DNA from: a virus
IMG/VR virus record: IMGVR_UViG_3300017698_000036
Coordinates: 64,001-128,000 of that record
Reading direction: 5' to 3' (one strand)
DNA length: 64,000 nucleotides
The notes under the pieces were generated by a model. That model saw only the letters and a program-made list of their open reading frames with translations. It made no database searches and was not told the DNA's origin. A program made the translations under genes and the position numbers. The stretch's first letter is position 1, and each line of letters starts with the position of its first letter. Shown here one piece after another: positions 38,991 through 49,028 of the stretch.

Positions 38991-41900
38991 ATGAGTAAAA
39001 GACAATACGTTCCACTTCACACACACACTGGTCTTGGATCCCCCTATGATGGCCTCGGATACCCAGATGAATTCGTAAAATTCGTATCTGAAAAGGGTAT
39101 GAACACAATGGCCATTACCGAACATGGTAACATGAACTCTTTGGGAGAGTTTGTATCTGCATTAAAGTCACACAGTAAAGACGATGGAGGAATGAAGGGT
39201 ATATATGGGGTGGAGGCTTACTACATACCCTCTATAGACGAATGGCAAAAGAACTATGATTTGTTCGAACAGTTGAAGAAGGACAAAAAGATTAAACGTG
39301 GTACAAAGAAGATTAATATGGATACGGACGATATCACTGAAGGGTCTTATGTCGACATAGCTTGTTGGGTTTCTAAGGATGACTCTGTTGATATTGATGA
39401 TATTGTAATGAAGATAAAGGAGAGATATCACATCCTCCTCTTGGCCATGGATGAGGAGGGGTTAAAGAATTTATATACCCTCGTTTCCAAATCTCACATG
39501 GTTGAAGATAAAAGATATTTTTATAAGTTTCCACGTATTGACAAGGATCTACTTATGAGGCATAATAAGGGTATCATAGGTTCTTCTGCGTGTATGGGAG
39601 GAGTACTTGGTGGTGTATACTGGAACTATAAGGATGTTGTACCCGATATACAGAATAAGATAGATGACACCAACAGGGAGTTTCAATCCATCTTTGGTGA
39701 TAGATGGTACAATGAAATTCAGTTTAATAAAATTAAAGGTCAAAAAGAGATAAATGATCACGTAATCAAATCGGCTCATAAACTCAACATACCAATTATA
39801 GCCACTGTGGATAGTCATTTTACAGATAAGAATCTATGGCAGGCTAGGTGGTTATATAATAAAATGAGGTTCATGAGAGGATCAAGTGTTCAGGAGATAG
39901 AAATACCTCAGGATATTGATGAGTTAACATGTCAACTTTATATGAAGGACGGTGACGAGGTGTTCGAGTCATATAAGGAGTATTCTTCTGAGATACCTGA
40001 AGAGTTGGTTGAGAGGGCAATTCAAGAAACGGTTAAGCTGTCGGACAGAATAGACACGTTCTACCCAGACAACTCCGTAAGACTCCCTAATTTTATTCTA
40101 CCCGAAGGTGTTGATCCTGATGATGAGTTACGTAGACTTGGTCTTGAGGGTTTAAGACAGAAGGGTTTCATAAATGATCCGGATTATAATGAACGATTGG
40201 AACATGAGTTAGATGTTATCATTTATAGGGGATTTTCACGTTACTTCCTGGCCATGAAGGTGATCGTAGGTAAGGCCAAAGAGACTATGCTAAATGGAGT
40301 CTCTCGTGGTTCTGCGGGAGGTTCACTATTGTCCTACTGTTTGGGTATAACCGACATTGATCCCATACCCATGAACTTGGATTTTTCAAGGTTTATGACT
40401 AAGGGAAGTGGTGGTTATCCGGATATTGATTTCGACGTAAGTGCACCTGCAGACTTTAAGGAACTGTTGAAGTCCGAATGGGGGGAAACCTCCTTGGCCT
40501 ATGTTAGTAATTGGAACAAGTTAAGTTTCAAAAGCTTGATCAAGGATATAGCTAAGTTTCACGGTATACCATTCCAGGAAGTTAATAATGCGACCACCCA
40601 AATGATTGAACAGATTGTTGATACAGTCCGGACAATGGATGAGTACAAGAATGAGATCATATCCGCCAGTAGTTTTAAGGTTGAGTTAAAACATCTCAAC
40701 TACTCTAAGGCTTATAGGGAGTTTGTTACAAGATATCCTGAAATAAAGGAACCGTTGGAGACTCTCTTGGGACAGGTTCGTGATGTCGCTACCCACGCTG
40801 GTGGTGTCATTATCGGTGACAATCTTGAGAGTGATATGCCACTGATACGTAAGAATGACAAACTCCAAACTCCATGGCCAGAGAGTGGAAAACATCGTGT
40901 GTTGGAGGAGATGGGTTTCGTCAAGTTCGACATATTGGGTATCTCTACTTTGAAGATGATTGAGAATACTATAGAGTTGATATTGAAGAAACGTGGTAAC
41001 TCGTCTCCATCTTTTGAGGATGTTAGAAACTACTATGAACAAATTATGCTCCCTAGTGTTCTAAATATGGAAGATCCCGACGTATGGAAGAATATATTTC
41101 ATGACGGTAATATGATAGGAGTTTTTCAATTTACGAGTCCCGGTATGCAAAGTTTCTGTATGCAGGTAAAACCAAGCTCCATCGTAGAATTGGCAGCTGT
41201 TACCGCCATCTACAGACCAGGACCGATGGGTGCCAATGTACATAACGACTATGCACAAACTGCAAGTGGGAAAAGAAAGTCTGTTTATCTTGGAGACGAA
41301 CATCGTAATGTGACAGAAAAGACGTTTGGTTATTTAGTATTCCAGGAACAACTAGCTGAATTGGTTCATAAGCTGGGTGACGGTATTACGATAGATGAGG
41401 GTCATAAGATTCGTAAATTGTTAACCAGTAAAGGTGAGAAGCAAAAGCTACAGGCCGAAGAGTACAAGGATAAGTTCATTGTTGGGTGTAAGGCTCATGG
41501 TATCACCAAAACAAAAGCCCTCAAGCTGTGGGCAGACATTGTAAAGTTCTCAGGTTATGGTTTCAACAAGATTCATGCCGTAGGTTATTCTGTGGTATCA
41601 TATCAGTGCGCCTGGCTCTGTCACTATTTCCCTGTGGAGTGGGCTAGTGCCTATCTGAATAAGGAATCTACCAGTAAGTTGGAGAAATCTATTGCCACAG
41701 TTCAAAAGTCTGGATTTAAGATTATGGAAGTGGATATTAACAGTTCGGGGTCGGAGTGGATTCCAATTGGTCAAAACGAGGTTGTACAGCCGTTAACTTC
41801 AATTAAAGGGTTGGGTATTAAGACCGTTGAGGCCGTAGAGAGGAATCGACCAATCGCAAGTCTGGAAGAGTTGATGTTTGGTGGTAAGTTTAAGAAATCT

Positions 41901-42506
41901 GAGTTGAATAAAAAGGCCATGAATCTGTTGATCAGATCTGGAGCCATGGATGACTTATTACGAGTCGTTCCAGAGGTTAAAAATAAGAAACAGATAGTTA
42001 CAGTCCTGGAAGAGGAAAAGAAAGGATTCAAAACATATGAAGATTTCACTCAGGCTTTGACTAAATGTGATGTTCCAAATTACACGTTTGAGGAAAAGAT
42101 AGAAAATATATTTAACCTCACCGGGGTGTTCCCGTCTCATCTGATATTTGATGATCAATTGAGGGACGATATGAACAAGCGTGGAATATTGAGTCTGACT
42201 CAGTTTGAGGATCTGTACAATGAGATAAAAAATGACGAAAGTATAAATGACTATAGTTGGGATAATTTGAGTGTCTGGTTTATACTTCGTGGATATGAGG
42301 TTAAAAGTACGCGTAGGAATCGTAAGTATGTACGTACCTGTATGGTAGATGATGAAGGCTTGGTGAGATATATGAATATGTGGAACTCTAACGATGAAAC
42401 AGAGAGTAAGTTACAGCGTTACGGTCTATATCTTGCCAAAGTGAAATACTCGGAACAGTGGGGATTTTCCATTAGTTCAAATAAGAATTTTATGAAAGTT
42501 AAGTAG
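38991..42506 (+). CDS. dnaE: DNA polymerase III alpha subunit (family C)
   Basis: PHP motifs (LHTHT, ITEHG, GVEAY, DSHF), RGSAGGSL..Y.LGIT.IDP, PDIDFD, HAGGV, KFDILG, YRPGPM, FQEQ, FSGYGFNK.HA, L..IKGLG. Confidence 0.97.
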   Translation: MSKRQYVPLHTHTGLGSPYDGLGYPDEFVKFVSEKGMNTMAITEHGNMNSLGEFVSALKSHSKDDGGMKGIYGVEAYYIPSIDEWQKNYDLFEQLKKDKKIKRGTKKINMDTDDITEGSYVDIACWVSKDDSVDIDDIVMKIKERYHILLLAMDEEGLKNLYTLVSKSHMVEDKRYFYKFPRIDKDLLMRHNKGIIGSSACMGGVLGGVYWNYKDVVPDIQNKIDDTNREFQSIFGDRWYNEIQFNKIKGQKEINDHVIKSAHKLNIPIIATVDSHFTDKNLWQARWLYNKMRFMRGSSVQEIEIPQDIDELTCQLYMKDGDEVFESYKEYSSEIPEELVERAIQETVKLSDRIDTFYPDNSVRLPNFILPEGVDPDDELRRLGLEGLRQKGFINDPDYNERLEHELDVIIYRGFSRYFLAMKVIVGKAKETMLNGVSRGSAGGSLLSYCLGITDIDPIPMNLDFSRFMTKGSGGYPDIDFDVSAPADFKELLKSEWGETSLAYVSNWNKLSFKSLIKDIAKFHGIPFQEVNNATTQMIEQIVDTVRTMDEYKNEIISASSFKVELKHLNYSKAYREFVTRYPEIKEPLETLLGQVRDVATHAGGVIIGDNLESDMPLIRKNDKLQTPWPESGKHRVLEEMGFVKFDILGISTLKMIENTIELILKKRGNSSPSFEDVRNYYEQIMLPSVLNMEDPDVWKNIFHDGNMIGVFQFTSPGMQSFCMQVKPSSIVELAAVTAIYRPGPMGANVHNDYAQTASGKRKSVYLGDEHRNVTEKTFGYLVFQEQLAELVHKLGDGITIDEGHKIRKLLTSKGEKQKLQAEEYKDKFIVGCKAHGITKTKALKLWADIVKFSGYGFNKIHAVGYSVVSYQCAWLCHYFPVEWASAYLNKESTSKLEKSIATVQKSGFKIMEVDINSSGSEWIPIGQNEVVQPLTSIKGLGIKTVEAVERNRPIASLEELMFGGKFKKSELNKKAMNLLIRSGAMDDLLRVVPEVKNKKQIVTVLEEEKKGFKTYEDFTQALTKCDVPNYTFEEKIENIFNLTGVFPSHLIFDDQLRDDMNKRGILSLTQFEDLYNEIKNDESINDYSWDNLSVWFILRGYEVKSTRRNRKYVRTCMVDDEGLVRYMNMWNSNDETESKLQRYGLYLAKVKYSEQWGFSISSNKNFMKVK

Positions 42507-42514
42507 GTGTAAAT

Positions 42515-42859
42515 ATGATTGTTATATTTGGAGTTGCCATCGGCCTAGCGCTACTGCTCTGGTTTATAAATAGTACGATAAATCATGTAGTTGAGAAGAA
42601 GATTACAGCCGCTGTGGTCAAAGGCCTAGAGAAGACGGTTGTAAAGTATATAGAAGATTACGATAAACATGTAGACAGTAAAATACACACATTGTACGGA
42701 CTTATGATATTAGTTAGAGGTATGTCGGATGAGGAGTTCAAAAACACCTTCTCCCTCAACTTTAATGATACAGAGTATACGTACGATGTTAGGGACAAGA
42801 AGGCAGTAATAACTTATATAAAGAAGGCAAAAGAACTCATGGAGGAAAAAGATGACTAA
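42515..42859 (+). CDS. membrane-anchored hypothetical protein
   Basis: N-terminal TM; 114 aa. Confidence 0.5.
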   Translation: MIVIFGVAIGLALLLWFINSTINHVVEKKITAAVVKGLEKTVVKYIEDYDKHVDSKIHTLYGLMILVRGMSDEEFKNTFSLNFNDTEYTYDVRDKKAVITYIKKAKELMEEKDD

Positions 42860-43130
42860 GAAAGATTTAATTAACAAATTGGCCAATGAACGTGGGTGTA
42901 GTAAGGTTGAGGCCACAGAGATTGTAGAGACATTGTTGGATATTATGGTTGAGGAACTTACCGACGGTGGAGAGATTAAGGTTAGTGGTTTTGGTGTACT
43001 GTCTTCAAAAGAGTACAAGGCCAAAACCATCCATTCGGGTATTACAGGTGATATCATTAATGTACCAAAAAAGTATGTTGTTAAGTTTAAATCCAGTAAG
43101 GTGTTAGAGAAAAAGGTCAATAGAGACTAG
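42852..43130 (+). CDS. HU/IHF-family DNA-binding protein
   Basis: MTKKDLI..LA.......EA..IVE.LL..M.E.L..GGEI.V.GFG...........TG..I.VP...V.KF..SK.L. Confidence 0.92.
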   Translation: MTKKDLINKLANERGCSKVEATEIVETLLDIMVEELTDGGEIKVSGFGVLSSKEYKAKTIHSGITGDIINVPKKYVVKFKSSKVLEKKVNRD

Positions 43131-43138
43131 GAGAGTTT

Positions 43139-43588
43139 ATGTATCTAAAGTATTCTAAATTAAAAGACGATGTTATGGATCCAACCCGTGCAAACCCCTC
43201 AGATGCAGGATTGGATGTATACCACTATAGTGATGTAGATATTACCGTTAGTCCAGGTGAAAGTGTGATACTTAAGACCGGGTTGAAATTTGAGGTACCT
43301 CACGGTTATATGCTTCAAGTGTGTAATAGGGGTGGTATGGGGGCGAAGAAGAGTTTGGTTTTCGGAGCTCATATTATCGACTCAGGGTATGACGGTCCAG
43401 TATTTATCAATCTTCATAATATTGGCACTACCAAACAGGTGATATGTGGAGGTGATAAGATCGCACAGTTGATTCTAACACCGGTAGTATCGTTTATTCC
43501 AATTTTGTGTGATGAAAAAGAACTTTACGACGAAGATGTATCTATGTCTAATAGAGGGGATGGAAGTCTGGGTAGTACTGGTCAATAG
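43139..43588 (+). CDS. dut: trimeric dUTPase
   Basis: DAGLD, LKTGL, RGG.G, IIDSGYDG, GDKIAQL, RGDGSLGSTG. Confidence 0.95.
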   Translation: MYLKYSKLKDDVMDPTRANPSDAGLDVYHYSDVDITVSPGESVILKTGLKFEVPHGYMLQVCNRGGMGAKKSLVFGAHIIDSGYDGPVFINLHNIGTTKQVICGGDKIAQLILTPVVSFIPILCDEKELYDEDVSMSNRGDGSLGSTGQ

Positions 43589-43600
43589 GGGGTATGTTAA

Positions 43601-43678
43601 GGGATGTCACATATCTAAATAAGACACTGTTGATCTCACGGAAATAGTACAGGTCTAGGTGGGATAGTGTGACATCCC
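43601..43678 (+). other. long intergenic imperfect hairpin
   Basis: GGGATGTCACA (43601-11) pairs with TGTGACATCCC (43668-78). Inner TATC/GATA, AGAC/GTCT and CTGT/ACAG pairings. Confidence 0.55.
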
Positions 43679-43748
43679 CAAACTATCATTTTTATAGTTA
43701 ATTAAGTGGTTAATCTGATATTTAAATACAGATTAGGAGATTACGATA

Positions 43749-44201
43749 ATGGCAAATAAATTAGGAAATAACTATAGAAATCACACAGTAGCAGGACCCT
43801 CAATTAATCGTACGGACGTAATTAAGGGCATTATAGGGTTTTCTGAGACTCTAAAGAATGAAAACCCTGACTTTTATAAATATGGTCTGAAATTGAAAGA
43901 AGTTGATTGGAGTAACGAGAAGAACGTTGATTTCATGATGGACAAACTACTTGGCATAATGGACAATATCGCTCCCGAAGGTTCAGACTTTAAACAGGGT
44001 GAGGACGGTTCATGGTCGTTTGTGTCTGATGTAACCATCGAACCAGAACCTCAGGATCCTATTGATGGTAGTGAGGATAGAGCGTTTCAGTCTGAGGGAG
44101 GTAACGAGTTTACATATATACCCGCTCCAGTACCAGTATCTGAAAGTCATATTAAGTATATATATTCAGAGACCATAAAGAACGTATTAAAAGAAGACTA
44201 A
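43749..44201 (+). CDS. hypothetical, possibly head-associated protein
   Basis: SD AGGAG; acidic C-terminus VSESHIKYIYSETIKNVLKED. Confidence 0.45.
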   Translation: MANKLGNNYRNHTVAGPSINRTDVIKGIIGFSETLKNENPDFYKYGLKLKEVDWSNEKNVDFMMDKLLGIMDNIAPEGSDFKQGEDGSWSFVSDVTIEPEPQDPIDGSEDRAFQSEGGNEFTYIPAPVPVSESHIKYIYSETIKNVLKED

Positions 44202-44217
44202 TAGTAAAGAGGTTAAA

Positions 44218-45276
44218 ATGGAAAAAAAGAGGGCTTATGGATATGACGATATAGTGTTGTGTCCCACATATTCGGCCATAGAGAGTAGGTCTGAGGTAGA
44301 TGTGGGAATCACTCTGGCCAATGGGATAGAACTGTCTCTACCCGTCATTGCGGCCCCCATGGACACTGTATGTGATTCTAGTATGGCGATAGCTATAGGG
44401 CTTAGTGGTGGATTGGGAATAATACACCGTTATATGTCTATAGAAGAACAGGTTGTACATATTAAAAAGACATTGAGTAAGATACCTTATGTAGGGTTTG
44501 CATGTGGTCTTCATGGTAAGGATGGTATGGATCGTGTTGTGGCGGGTGTGGACGCAGGAGCCCAGTTGGTTTGTGTTGATGTTGCCTTCGGAGCCACCAC
44601 AATGTCCAACAACATGGTACACGAGATCAGAAAAAGATACGGAGACTCGGTACACGTCATGGTTGGAAACATAGCCACAGAGAGTCAGGTAACGTTTATT
44701 GACAATAACACCAAGTCTATATCCCATGTTGACAGTTTCAGAGTTGGTATTGGAGGAGGTTCAGTGTGTACAACATCACGTGATACGGGATTTGGTATAC
44801 CCACAGTAACATCCATAGAGTCGGTACGAAGTGGTATGGGCTATACTGTCAATCGAGCTTTAATAGCCGATGGTGGTATCAAGTATACTGGTGACATCGT
44901 AAAGGCCATCGCTGTTGGAGCGGATGTGGTCATGTTAGGTTCCATGTTGGCCGGATATAAGGAGAGCGCTGGTAAGAGTGTGGACGGTGAATATAAAGAG
45001 TTCAGAGGAATGGCCAGTAGGGAAGCTAGGGAAGAGTATACAAAGACCGAAACTAAGCACGTAGAGGGTATCTCAACAAAACTTCTGATTAAAGATGGGT
45101 CGGTTACCGACCTGTTTGATTCGATTGAGGCCAACATTAAATCAGGCCTGTCTTATGTAGGGGCTAGAAACCTTAAGGAGTTTAGAGGTAGGGTACGTTA
45201 TTATGTTACCACACCTGCAGGATTCCAGGAGAGATTACCACGGTATGCAGAAAAAACACCCAATGGGGCTGAATAA
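44218..45276 (+). CDS. IMP dehydrogenase / GMP reductase family enzyme (no CBS domains)
   Basis: YDDIVLCP, PVIAAPMDTV, GGLGIIHR, VGIGGGSVCTT, IADGGI...GDIVKA.A.GAD.VMLGS, FRGMAS, EG.S. Confidence 0.9.
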   Translation: MEKKRAYGYDDIVLCPTYSAIESRSEVDVGITLANGIELSLPVIAAPMDTVCDSSMAIAIGLSGGLGIIHRYMSIEEQVVHIKKTLSKIPYVGFACGLHGKDGMDRVVAGVDAGAQLVCVDVAFGATTMSNNMVHEIRKRYGDSVHVMVGNIATESQVTFIDNNTKSISHVDSFRVGIGGGSVCTTSRDTGFGIPTVTSIESVRSGMGYTVNRALIADGGIKYTGDIVKAIAVGADVVMLGSMLAGYKESAGKSVDGEYKEFRGMASREAREEYTKTETKHVEGISTKLLIKDGSVTDLFDSIEANIKSGLSYVGARNLKEFRGRVRYYVTTPAGFQERLPRYAEKTPNGAE

Positions 45277-45706
45277 GAATAGAACTTTCAAGTCGTACAA
45301 GTCAACACGGAAGGGGTGGGGTAAGAGGTATTCCTCCAAAGCCAACAAAGAACAGGCCTTGGAAGAAATAGAACTTGATAAAAGGTTGATGGACCTACTT
45401 GACCTAAAGGACGAGTATGAGATTCCAAGAATATATACGAGGCTAATAAGGGAGAAGTGGACATTATACGATATCTTACGTATACTGTTAGAGGGTTTTA
45501 TTGTCGACAATTCTAATATAATGAAATATTTGAGTCTAACAAAAAGTGAAGAGAATGAACCTTCATACCCTAATAAATATAGAGAGTTAGATGAAAAAGA
45601 TATTGAAGTTAGAGAAGAGTTGAGAAAGATGTTCGATTATGAATATTTAAGTAAAGAAGAAAAAGAGTCACTATTTGATTTAATAGAGCAAGAAATGGAT
45701 AATTAA
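45263..45706 (+). CDS. hypothetical protein
   Basis: ATG 45263 overlaps the end of the previous gene; basic N-terminus. Confidence 0.45.
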   Translation: MGLNKNRTFKSYKSTRKGWGKRYSSKANKEQALEEIELDKRLMDLLDLKDEYEIPRIYTRLIREKWTLYDILRILLEGFIVDNSNIMKYLSLTKSEENEPSYPNKYRELDEKDIEVREELRKMFDYEYLSKEEKESLFDLIEQEMDN

Positions 45707-45743
45707 CAGCACGTTAACGTATTTTAAAGGAGATATATCGATT

Positions 45744-46493
45744 ATGAGTAACAAGATTAACCTTTCTGAAAAACAAACCAGAAGATTTATGAAGTTGGCC
45801 GGGAATGGTAACTATGCAGACTCTTTTCTTAAAGAGCAAGAGATCACTAAAAAGACACCAGAACAACCAGAGCCCCAACCTTACAATGGCGATACCAGCG
45901 GAGTTGGTACCCCCTACAGTGAGGCCAATGACAAGAAGACGGAAGTACCCCCTGAGAAGGAAACTAAGGATCCTCTCGATGTTCCTATTAATGAGGACGT
46001 AAACGAACTCGAAGACAAACTCTACAACAAGCTTATGGAACAGTTTGACATCGAAGATGAAGAGGACGAAGTAGATGTAGAGATGGGTGGTGACGATTCT
46101 GATCCTTTTGATTTGGGTGGTGAAGAAGACTTCAATTCTGATGAAGAAGACATGGGTGGTGAGCCTGCAGAACTAGATATGGGTACAGGTGAACTCAGTG
46201 TATCTCCAGAAGACGCCAAAGAAGTTGCAACAGTACTCATGGGAGCTCTTAGTGATATCCTACCTGGTGTAGATATTGCCGTAGAGGAAGTTGGTGTAGA
46301 AGTAGAGCCTGAGATTGAACTACCTGCAGAAGACGCTCTTCCTGAACCTGAAATTGAAACTCCCGAAGAGGAAGTAGAAGATGCAGAAGAGGAAGAGATG
46401 GACGATCTTTTCGAGTCTAAAATTAAAGACTATGCCAAGCGCCTTGTAATGGAAACAATGAAATCCATTAAAACCAAAAAGAAAAGTAAATAA
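45744..46493 (+). CDS. very acidic probable prohead core/scaffold-type protein
   Basis: NLSEKQTRRFMKLAG N-terminus, D/E-rich middle, basic C-terminal tail; SD AAGGAG. Confidence 0.5.
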   Translation: MSNKINLSEKQTRRFMKLAGNGNYADSFLKEQEITKKTPEQPEPQPYNGDTSGVGTPYSEANDKKTEVPPEKETKDPLDVPINEDVNELEDKLYNKLMEQFDIEDEEDEVDVEMGGDDSDPFDLGGEEDFNSDEEDMGGEPAELDMGTGELSVSPEDAKEVATVLMGALSDILPGVDIAVEEVGVEVEPEIELPAEDALPEPEIETPEEEVEDAEEEEMDDLFESKIKDYAKRLVMETMKSIKTKKKSK

Positions 46494-46554
46494 ACTATCT
46501 TATAAAAAATAAAGTTTAAAAAAAGAAGTAATCTAAAACGGGGAAACCTAAACA

Positions 46555-47346
46555 GTGGAGAAATTTATGTTCAAATCTATGTTCAAAGACTATATCAGAA
46601 AAACCATTATCGAATTCTTAAACGGTGGCCCCCTAGAAGAAGAGCAAACGATGACCAAGGAGGAACTGGTAAAACACATTCAGGAGCAGGTAGAGGGAAA
46701 GGAGGAAGAGGAAGGAGAGTCTAAAAGTTTAATCAGTCAACTACAGATCGAAGAGGCTTTGAAGATTTTAGAACTTCAAGTACCTATTTATATTAACAGA
46801 GTGATCGATGAAAAGCTTTTCGACTCAGTTATTACAAGACTTCATGATATTCTATTTTTACGTAAACGTATTAAAGAGTTAAAGGAGAAGTATCCAGACG
46901 AAAAGATGCTCTCCCACGTTGATTTAAATGCACCAGTAAAGATTGTCATTGCGACTCCAGGTGGTAATGTACGTGAAGGAATGGCCATCTATGACGCTAT
47001 GCAACTTCTCAAGAAGGATGGTTGTATTGTTGAGACGATAGGATCAGGACAGGTATTTTCTATGGGAACTCTTCTGTTGGCGGGAGGTTCTAAAGGTCAT
47101 CGTTATATGACCAAAAACTCAATGTTAATGATACACAATATTAGTGGAGGTACCATTGGAACTCTACCAGATATGGAAACCAGACTGAAAGAGATGAAAC
47201 GTCTTAAGGAACAGTTTTTCAGTGTATTCAAGACGGATACAGATTTTTCAGAGGACCATCTTAGGGATTTGTTAAATGAGAAGACGGATCAGTATTTGAC
47301 CCCTTCTGAGTGTCTTAGATACGGCGTTGTTGACAAGGTTATCTAA
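46555..47346 (+). CDS. clpP: ClpP-family serine protease with N-terminal extension
   Basis: IATPGGNV..GMAIYDAMQ, GQVFSMG.LLLAGG.KG.R...NS.LMIH, D.YLT..E...YG.VD.VI. GTG start as called by the ORF track. Confidence 0.88.
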   Translation: MEKFMFKSMFKDYIRKTIIEFLNGGPLEEEQTMTKEELVKHIQEQVEGKEEEEGESKSLISQLQIEEALKILELQVPIYINRVIDEKLFDSVITRLHDILFLRKRIKELKEKYPDEKMLSHVDLNAPVKIVIATPGGNVREGMAIYDAMQLLKKDGCIVETIGSGQVFSMGTLLLAGGSKGHRYMTKNSMLMIHNISGGTIGTLPDMETRLKEMKRLKEQFFSVFKTDTDFSEDHLRDLLNEKTDQYLTPSECLRYGVVDKVI

Positions 47347-47401
47347 TATTTATACTATGTGGGTCAATATATAATAAATGTCAAAAAAACATATAAAGTA
47401 C

Positions 47402-47430
47402 TTGACTCACATAGTATAATGTGCTATAAT
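47402..47430 (+). promoter_or_regulatory. sigma70-type promoter
   Basis: TTGACT-N17-TATAAT with TG extended -10. Confidence 0.7.
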
Positions 47431-47644
47431 ATATATAGGTAGTAAAAAAATCAATTTTAAAAATAGAAGTCATAAGAGGGAAAGGTTCTAAAGGGCCCTG
47501 ATATCGTTAACATATCTTAAAAACAAATCTGGGAGTATAATGCCGATTTGTTTTCTTTAGCACAGAAATTTATAACATAAAATTTAATTTAACAAGGGGA
47601 GTATCGTTTATAGATATACAGTATTTCCCTAGTGGAGGTAAGTA

Positions 47645-49018
47645 ATGAATAGTAGTAATGATTATAGAAATATGAATGGTAGTGAGTTTAATAAATTGTT
47701 TAGTTCGGAGCGAAAGGAGAAGGCGCGAGGGTATTTTATTGATGAGTATGTTGATAAAAACAATCCTCTTCCGGTAAGTTCAAAATGGTGTTCTAACAAC
47801 TCTGAATACACCGAAGTCAAGCTAAGGGCCCCCTCCACAGTGAGGAGTTTGATAAACGGTGCAAAGGTGAAAAGAGGGATTTTTAAGTCTGGTATTGAGT
47901 GTACAGCTACCACTAAGGATGGTAAACAAGTACCAGTCGAACTCAAACCCTCTGATTTGGTAAAGATACCAGAGTTGGGAGGACAACCAAAGAATAAGTC
48001 GGTTCATCATGAGATTGAGTTTGTGGATAAGTTGAACAACGATCTTAAGTCAATTATGAGTTCACCTGACACTGGTATTGATCTTGTTATGGAGGACACC
48101 GATTCTGGTATTAAGACGGTGATTCGTGGTGTGTTTTTGGTTGAGAGACTCGGAAAGGCCTGCCTGGCGGATGTAGTACTGCTTGACGTTAATGGTAATC
48201 CTGTTGGGCATTTATCTCACAAAGCCGGTGTAAGTAATAGACAACAAGACTCTTCATGTAAACAGAAGCCATTGTTAAGAATGGCCACCAAGGAGTATCA
48301 TAGGGTTATACGTCTTATTACGGTACCATTTCAAACGGCTGATGATGTGTTAACATCCAAGGGTAAGGGAGGTTGTGTGGGTTATCACGGTAACCCCCTT
48401 CTGAAGTATGGTAAGGGTAAGGGACGTCTATCTGGTTGTTTATACAGTGTTGTCAACGATCCCAGAGTTATAATGGCTAGTAAGTTTGGTGTAAATTACT
48501 CTCACAATACTCCCAATGTCGAGAACTGTGAGGCTGTAATATACGGTACAGTTAAATTATTACATACCAACCCAGGTGAATGTACTATGATAGCTGACGG
48601 TAAGGACAGCGCTATACTGACCAAGGAACATTATAGTAGTTTAATTAGAGAGGGCCAACCGTTACCCCCTCTGTATTACCAGGCTAGATGTACTGAAGAT
48701 TCTGGTCGTAAGATCGGTGATATTGGTCGACTACGTGAGTTTATTGTAGATCGTAATTTGATATTTGATACCAAGGGAGGTGTCAAAAGAACATGTAACG
48801 CTCTACCCTTAACCAATATTCAGGTAATGAGATATTTGATTGAAACGAGTAAAACGATTCCTTGGACTTGGAAGAAGGGTGAGATGACTCTCAAAGACTC
48901 TATGTTGATGTACTTTGAGGATGTTGTAGGAAACGGAATACCAGTTCCAGTCACAATTATCAATGAGTTGGATGACTGTCTGAAGGATCCAACGTACGGT
49001 ATAGTAGATAGAACTTAG
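47645..49018 (+). CDS. hypothetical protein, possible PD-(D/E)xK-like nuclease
   Basis: HEIEF...N and LADVVLL......GHLSHK resemble E...D-x(n)-SHK variant active sites; SD GGAGG. Confidence 0.35.
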   Translation: MNSSNDYRNMNGSEFNKLFSSERKEKARGYFIDEYVDKNNPLPVSSKWCSNNSEYTEVKLRAPSTVRSLINGAKVKRGIFKSGIECTATTKDGKQVPVELKPSDLVKIPELGGQPKNKSVHHEIEFVDKLNNDLKSIMSSPDTGIDLVMEDTDSGIKTVIRGVFLVERLGKACLADVVLLDVNGNPVGHLSHKAGVSNRQQDSSCKQKPLLRMATKEYHRVIRLITVPFQTADDVLTSKGKGGCVGYHGNPLLKYGKGKGRLSGCLYSVVNDPRVIMASKFGVNYSHNTPNVENCEAVIYGTVKLLHTNPGECTMIADGKDSAILTKEHYSSLIREGQPLPPLYYQARCTEDSGRKIGDIGRLREFIVDRNLIFDTKGGVKRTCNALPLTNIQVMRYLIETSKTIPWTWKKGEMTLKDSMLMYFEDVVGNGIPVPVTIINELDDCLKDPTYGIVDRT

Positions 49019-49028
49019 TAGAGATTTG

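Noticed and set aside
26837-42506. Group I introns or further inteins in nrdJ and dnaE
   Set aside because: Both ORFs are continuous, of normal length, and have contiguous catalytic motifs.
43601-43682. Hairpin as a tRNA
   Set aside because: The outer stem is 11+ bp and continuous, with no D, anticodon or T arms, no TTCRA loop and no CCA in position.
45263-45706. ESLF near the C-terminus of ORF 45263 as another member of the SLF-tag family
   Set aside because: It lacks the preceding DG[KR]/aromatic residue and the following Ser; probably a chance match.
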